From contig DAOVPY010000005.1 of assembly GCA_030628945.1 (NCBI GenBank), positions 1 to 52,541 on the forward strand: a stretch of DNA of 52,541 nt, given 5' to 3'. The translations under genes and the position numbers were made by a program. Each line of letters begins with the position of its first letter. Position 1 is the stretch's first letter. The stretch comes from Candidatus Nealsonbacteria bacterium. GTDB taxonomy: Bacteria > Patescibacteriota > Minisyncoccia > Minisyncoccales > DAOVPY01. Positions 47,158 to 52,541 of the stretch are shown here, piece after piece. Under the pieces are notes generated by a model. It saw only the letters and a list, made by a program, of their open reading frames with translations. It ran no database searches and was not told the origin of the DNA.

Positions 47158-48183
47158 TCAGATTAATCTTCCGGAACGTTTGCAAGATATTCCCAGGTGT
47201 TGATGGGCGAGGTTGGTGGCGATTCTTCCCTTGGGAGTTCTTTCAATAAAGCCGATTGAGAGCAGATAGGGCTCGTAAACGTCTAAAATTGTGTCTTTTT
47301 CCTCAGAAGTCGTTGCCGCCAGCGCCTGAAGTCCGACCGGCCCTCCTCCGAATTTTTTAATAATTGTTTCTAAAATTTTTCTATCTCCGAGTTCCAGTCC
47401 CTTTTCGTCAATTTCCAGGAAACCAAGGGCTTTTTCAGTTATGTTTTTAGTGATTATTTCTTTTTCTTCAACCTGGGCGAAATCCCTTACCCGTTTTAAA
47501 AGCCGGTTAGCGACCCGTGGAGTGAAGCGGGAGCGCGCGGCAATAGATTGTATTGCTTCTATGTCAATTTTTGTTTTTAAGATTTGGGCCGATTGCTGAA
47601 TTATTTTTTCAATGTCTTTTTGTTCATAAAAATTAAGCTGGAAGGTTGCTCCAAACCTGCTTCTAAGAGGAGAGGAGAGGAGCGCGATTCTTGTGGTTGC
47701 TCCGATTAAAGTAAATTTTGGAAGCTCAATTTCCATTGTTTGAGCCATTGGTCCTCTGCCTACCACAATATTAAGTTTGAAATCTTCCATTGCGGAATAA
47801 AGATATTCTTCAACAATTCTGTTGAGCCGGTGGCATTCGTCTATAAAAAAAACATCCCCTTCCGCGAGGTTGGTTAAAATTGAAGCCAGGTCTCCGGCTT
47901 TTTCAATTGCCGGGCCGGAAACCACCCTGATGTCAGCGCCCATTTCTCTGGCAATTAAGTGCGATATCGTTGTTTTGCCCAGTCCGGCGTTTCCGTAAAA
48001 AAGAAGATGGTCCGGCGCTTCTTTTCTTTTGCGCGCGGCTTCAATAATGATTTTTAAATTTTTCTTTATTTTTTCCTGTCCCACATAGCCATCCCAGTTT
48101 TTAGGCCGCAGGGTTGAGTCCAGGGTTTTATCTCTTTGGTTTTGCTCCCTTCCCATGGAGGGGGGGGTTGACAAATTTTTCAT
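47158..48183 (-). CDS. ruvB: Holliday junction branch migration helicase RuvB
   Basis: LRP...YVGQ, GLGKTT, FIDECHR, GATT, TPRVANRLL. Confidence 0.97.
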   Translation of the reverse strand: MKNLSTPPSMGREQNQRDKTLDSTLRPKNWDGYVGQEKIKKNLKIIIEAARKRKEAPDHLLFYGNAGLGKTTISHLIAREMGADIRVVSGPAIEKAGDLASILTNLAEGDVFFIDECHRLNRIVEEYLYSAMEDFKLNIVVGRGPMAQTMEIELPKFTLIGATTRIALLSSPLRSRFGATFQLNFYEQKDIEKIIQQSAQILKTKIDIEAIQSIAARSRFTPRVANRLLKRVRDFAQVEEKEIITKNITEKALGFLEIDEKGLELGDRKILETIIKKFGGGPVGLQALAATTSEEKDTILDVYEPYLLSIGFIERTPKGRIATNLAHQHLGISCKRSGRLI

Positions 48184-48229
48184 AATTGTTTAAAATATTA
48201 GGTTAAAATTGGCCCTGAATAACAGGGTG

Positions 48230-48364
48230 AATAATGTTCCCGGGGTTGGGGGTAGGAATTTTTCTCAGCCGGTTAGTTCGGGTGAGGCTGGACTATTCCT
48301 CGGAAAAATTCTAAGCTTTCAGTTCTAAACTCTTAGTGACACCCTCAACCCCGGGATTGTTATT
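48230..48364. ncRNA. Candidate structured RNA (long rod with an asymmetric internal loop)
   Basis: CCCGGGGTTGGGGGT/ACCCTCAACCCCGGG outer stem, GAATTTTTC/GAAAAATTC and CAGCC/GGCTG inner stems. Confidence 0.45.
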
Positions 48365-48380
48365 TATCAATTATTAATTG

Positions 48381-49700
48381 TCAATAATCGCCGGCAACTC
48401 TTTCTATTTCTTTAAGAGTAGTCGCGCCTTCCAAAACTTTTATTAAGCCGTCCTGGTACATAGTAAGCATTCCCTTTTTAACAGCCATTTTTTTTAAGTC
48501 GGCAGAGGTCGGTTTTTCAACGATAAATTTTTGCATCTCTTCATCTACGAGAAACGCTTCAAAGATGCCTATTCTTCCGCGAAAGCCCGTAAAATTACAC
48601 TCTTTACAGCCATTGATTTTCAAGACGCTTATTTTGGTGGTTTTTTCTGAAATAATAGGTTTTAGTGGTTCAGGGATTCGGCTTAATCCTTGTTTTATTT
48701 TTTTAAATTCTAATTGAGAAGGCGATTTAAGTGAAGAGCATTTTTTACATACCTTTCTTACCAATCTTTGAGCCACGGCCATATTGAGAGCGGGGCCGAT
48801 ATTTGAAGGTTTGGCTCCGAGGGAAATTAAACGGGATATGGTTCCGGCGGCATCATTGGTGTGAAGGGTGGTAAGGACCAAGTGGCCGGTTAAAGCGGCT
48901 TGAAGAGCGATTTTCGCTGTTTCCAAATCTCTTACTTCGCCCACCAAAATTACGTCAGGGTCCTGTCTCATAATTGACTTGAGCCCATTGGCAAAGTTGT
49001 ATCCTTTTTCCAAAGATGTTTGGGTTTGGGAAATGCCTTTAAGATGATATTCAATCGGGTCCTCAATAGTAATTATTTTAATTGTCGGCGAGTTGATTTT
49101 TTTTAAAAAGCCGTATAAAGTGGTGGTCTTTCCGGAACCGGTTGGTCCGGTCACAATTATCATCCCGTTAGGCCTTTGAATTTCCTTTTCAAAAATTTTC
49201 AACAGGTCTTTTCTCAAGCCCAGGGCTTCTATTTCAACCAGAGATTTAGGGTTTAAAATTCTTAAAACGATTGATTCCCCGTATTCAGTTGGCAGGGCGG
49301 AACTCCTGATTTCAATTATTTGTTTATTATTTTGGCTTGGCAGAGAATCTTCTTTAATTAAAATGGAAAACCGGCCGTCCTGGGGTTTCCCGGTGATATT
49401 TAATTTGATGCCGGAAAGGAGTTTAACGCGCGAAAGAAGATTTTTATATAAATCAGGTTTGAAATTTAATATATCCTGCAGAACGCCGTCAAGCCGGATA
49501 CGGATTTTAGCTTTTTCTTTCCCGGGTTCAATATGAATGTCAGAAACATCAAGGCAAATTGCTCCTCCTAAAATAATCTCTAAAAGTTCGGTGGTTTTTT
49601 TAGATAGAGAGGCCTCAATTTTTTCCCGGAATTCAGGGACATTTTTAATATTTTCCCGGAATTGTTTAAGTTTAGTTGAAGATATTATAACTTGAGCCAT
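48381..49700 (-). CDS. GspE/PilB family secretion/pilus ATPase
   Basis: SDIHIEP, PQDGR, GPTGSGKTTT, TIEDPIE, MRQDPD, TGHLV, two CxxC. Confidence 0.93.
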   Translation of the reverse strand: MAQVIISSTKLKQFRENIKNVPEFREKIEASLSKKTTELLEIILGGAICLDVSDIHIEPGKEKAKIRIRLDGVLQDILNFKPDLYKNLLSRVKLLSGIKLNITGKPQDGRFSILIKEDSLPSQNNKQIIEIRSSALPTEYGESIVLRILNPKSLVEIEALGLRKDLLKIFEKEIQRPNGMIIVTGPTGSGKTTTLYGFLKKINSPTIKIITIEDPIEYHLKGISQTQTSLEKGYNFANGLKSIMRQDPDVILVGEVRDLETAKIALQAALTGHLVLTTLHTNDAAGTISRLISLGAKPSNIGPALNMAVAQRLVRKVCKKCSSLKSPSQLEFKKIKQGLSRIPEPLKPIISEKTTKISVLKINGCKECNFTGFRGRIGIFEAFLVDEEMQKFIVEKPTSADLKKMAVKKGMLTMYQDGLIKVLEGATTLKEIERVAGDY

Positions 49701-49732
49701 AAATTTGATAAGTCCGGCATGGCCGACAGAGC

Positions 49733-50857
49733 CTATAGGACCGATAGAATTTTTTCGCGGGCTAAGCGCAAGTCTTTTTCTTTAATAACAAACAAAGCCC
49801 TGTTGTCCCGAGATATTCCTTCAAAATTATCCAGAATTTTTTTCAGAGAATTTGGCTGGGAACAATAAAAGATTCCCTTGACAAGATTGTTTGAGGCGTG
49901 GCTTTCCCAGAGTATTAATAAATTAGACCCGACAGAAGACGGAATCCAGAAATTGGATTTTAACTCTTCAATTACAAAACTCAGGTCTTTGGAGGTTGAA
50001 CCCGAGCTCTGAAAATCTTTTTTATCCAAAAGAATTTGATAGAGTTCTTTCTTCGGGTCAAAAACCAGTTTTTCCAGGCTCCTGCCCAGAAGTTTTATTT
50101 GAGAAATCGGTTTAGTTTTATAAAAGTACTGGATGATTTTTTGGTGATTTGCTCCTTTTTCAATAAGATAGGAAGCGGTTTCAAAAGTTTTGGGCCTGGT
50201 GTTTGGCTTTTTGAAGTTTTGAGAGGACGAAATAATCCCGCCCAGCAGCTGGGTGGCAATATCTTCATTCACCAATGTTTCGTCAATGGATTTTATTAAT
50301 TCGGTTGCTATCTCCGACAAGGAGGAAGTAAAATTTATTAAATTAATTTCGCCAAAATTTTCATTTGAGACGGAATTGTCAATATTTAAAATCGGGGTTT
50401 CTGAAAGCGATTTGATGTCCCGGCTTGCGAGACCTAATTCTTCCAAACTTTTTACTCCCAAAGTTATTAAAAGCTCGGTTTTGTTAAAGTCATTATTGGA
50501 TTCACTTTCCATTTTCAGAGAGATATCCTTTTCTTCAATTATTCCTTTTGCGCAAGTTAAATAAACTTTTAAATCCTTGTCATTTTTTTCATACCTTATT
50601 TCTTTGATTTCTTTTCCAGAGGTCTCAACGGATATGGTTAAATTTTTGGCAAGAATTGGCTGGTTGTTATTCAAAAATTGAAATTGTTCCGGGATTTTTT
50701 TCAACGCCATGGTATTCACATTTTTCCTGATTTTTCCTAAACTATAAAAAAGCGCCAGGGTCGCGCCTAAAATATCCCCCTGAATATTTGTCGCGGGCAG
50801 GAGAGAGATGTTTTGCGATTTTTCAATTAAATTTTTTGCGTCATTAAGAGAAGCCAT
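49733..50857 (-). CDS. Degenerate DHH-family protein
   Basis: DHH-like layout but NIDNS in place of IDHH. Confidence 0.65.
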   Translation of the reverse strand: MASLNDAKNLIEKSQNISLLPATNIQGDILGATLALFYSLGKIRKNVNTMALKKIPEQFQFLNNNQPILAKNLTISVETSGKEIKEIRYEKNDKDLKVYLTCAKGIIEEKDISLKMESESNNDFNKTELLITLGVKSLEELGLASRDIKSLSETPILNIDNSVSNENFGEINLINFTSSLSEIATELIKSIDETLVNEDIATQLLGGIISSSQNFKKPNTRPKTFETASYLIEKGANHQKIIQYFYKTKPISQIKLLGRSLEKLVFDPKKELYQILLDKKDFQSSGSTSKDLSFVIEELKSNFWIPSSVGSNLLILWESHASNNLVKGIFYCSQPNSLKKILDNFEGISRDNRALFVIKEKDLRLAREKILSVL

Positions 50858-50922
50858 AATTGAGATATCTAAATTATTTTAACTTATCTTATTTCCTGAA
50901 AATAGTCAACTATATATGTTAT

Positions 50923-51390
50923 ATGAAAAAAGAATTTATTACTCGGAGTTCTTCTGAAACAAAAAAAATAGGAGAAAAAATGGCAAAGGAAATTTTGAGA
51001 AAACCGCTGAAAAAAACAGCTTTTGTTATTGGCTTGCTCGGAGATTTGGGCGGCGGCAAAACGACATTTTTACAGGGGTTTGCCAAAGGATTAGGGATTC
51101 AAGAAAAGATATTGAGCCCCACTTTTGTTTTGATGAAAAGGTTTCAGGTTATAGGTTACAGGTTTCAGACATTCTATCACATTGATTGCTATCGCATTCA
51201 AAAACCAAAAGAAATTCTGGATTTGGGGTTTGAGAAAATTATTTTTGGCCCCAAAAACATTGTTGCTGTTGAATGGGCAGAGAGAATTAGAAAAATCCTG
51301 CCAAAAGACGCTTTAATAGTAAAATTTAAGTTTATTAATAAGAATAAGAGAAAAATTGAATCCTGCGGCGTGGTAGTTTATCATAAATAG
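50923..51390 (+). CDS. tsaE: tRNA threonylcarbamoyladenosine biosynthesis ATPase TsaE
   Basis: GDLGGGKTTF, SPTF, HIDCYR, VEWA. Confidence 0.95.
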   Translation: MKKEFITRSSSETKKIGEKMAKEILRKPLKKTAFVIGLLGDLGGGKTTFLQGFAKGLGIQEKILSPTFVLMKRFQVIGYRFQTFYHIDCYRIQKPKEILDLGFEKIIFGPKNIVAVEWAERIRKILPKDALIVKFKFINKNKRKIESCGVVVYHK

Positions 51391-51568
51391 TATCCTTGTA
51401 GGGATACTATTAACTTGAGCGAGGGAATTGCAGTCCGTAAGGGCTGTTTTATCGTAAAATTAGGTGTTGGGGTTTTCCACAGTCCGTGTATTGACACGGG
51501 CTTTTGATGTGCGAGAATAAGTTAATTTAAGGATATTCGCCAAAGGATATGGCGTTAGTTTGTTTATT

Positions 51569-52541
51569 ATGGAAGAGGAAAAAATCAAATATATATTTTT
51601 GAAACAAGCGGTTGAATACTGTTCTTATTCACAGGATTATTTAAAATTAAGGGCTCGCCAGGGGAAGCTGAAGGCGGTTAAAATTGGAAGAGATTGGGCG
51701 ACCACCAAAGAATGGTTAGAAGAATATTCGCATAATCATAATTCACAAAAAACCAAAAGATTTAACAATAATAATTTTAATAATACAGAGAGAACTATTT
51801 CTTTTCATCCAAAGAAAGGAGAAGATTTAGAAAACCGCATCGCAAAATTAGGGCAAGAGGTAAGAGCTTTAAAATTATCATTAGTATTCGGGCTGGTTTG
51901 TGTTCTATTGTCAGGCGCAATAGTGTTTGGCAAAGATTCTTTGCCTTATGTTGGCAGAGAAATTTTCACTAAGGCCTCTGATAATATAAGTTTAGCGAGG
52001 ATTAGCCTCGCTGATTTTGGTAGTTCTCTGAAAACAACAAAAAACAATATAAAATTTGATACCGCGGGCGCGGTTTCTGACACATTGCAAACAGCGGCTC
52101 TAAATACTTCTTTCGGGCTTGCTTCCGCAACAGATGTTTTTCAGGAATATTGTCAGTGGCTCAATGGCAGTGTAAGACATCAAATATCAAAAATATCCCG
52201 AGAAATGTTTTTTTGACATTAGAGCAAGTTCCAAAAACAGTTCTCAAAAAATTATCAGACGGTTCGTATTTTGCCTTCAAAACTCTTGACAACGTTTTTT
52301 CCACGATAGCTGAAAAAACGTTGTCAACAAAAGAAAAATTAGGAAAGCGAATTGTTCAGCCCTTTCAGCGGGGCTGGCAATTTGTCACTTCCCCCTGGAA
52401 GATTTCGCCTCCGGGAATAGTTGTTGAAGACGGGATTTCAACAGAAGAGATTGAAGAATTAAGAGCAGAAGTTGAAAAACTCAAAAAAGAACCAAAAATA
52501 ATTCAGCAAGTGGAAAAAATTACCAAGATAGAGCCGATAAA
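51569..52541 (+). CDS. N-terminal HTH plus TM protein, apparently frameshifted and running off the window
   Basis: YSQDYLKLRARQGKLKAVKIGRDW HTH-like segment, TM; stop at 52214-52216 while the -1 frame is open from 52024 to the window end. Confidence 0.6.

Noticed and set aside
372-50564. Numerous 60-170 aa ORFs antisense to or overlapping confident genes
   Set aside because: No recognisable motifs; typical shadow ORFs

Overview
Core-genome window around the replication origin (dnaA-oriC-dnaN) of an AT-rich, reduced-genome bacterium. Short IF-2, ValRS without its C-terminal coiled coil, small pilin-like genes and many apparently leaderless genes suggest Patescibacteria/CPR (Parcubacteria-like); this is an inference. 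It holds about 45 CDS (rny, clpP, nusA, rpsA, gyrA, valS, tsaD, infB, rbfA, prs, dnaA, dnaN, PBP1, tyrS, ruvC, ruvB, tsaE and others), 8 tRNAs and a free-standing LAGLIDADG gene. No transposase, integrase or CRISPR array was seen. The most striking signal is a set of short dispersed palindromic elements found both between genes and in-frame inside housekeeping proteins. Family A has ACCCTGTTAAA...TTTAACAGGGT arms enclosing 0-2 covarying hairpins and adds HPVK...LFNR peptides to S1 and TsaD. Family C (CCCCCACAC-N10-GTnGTGGGGG) sits in prs and a glycoside hydrolase. Family B flanks that glycoside hydrolase gene. Many 7-bp tandem tracts also expand protein loops. Further observations: two split genes, tRNA-abutting start codons, A18/G55 tRNAs, an unannotated acidic microprotein and a candidate structured RNA.
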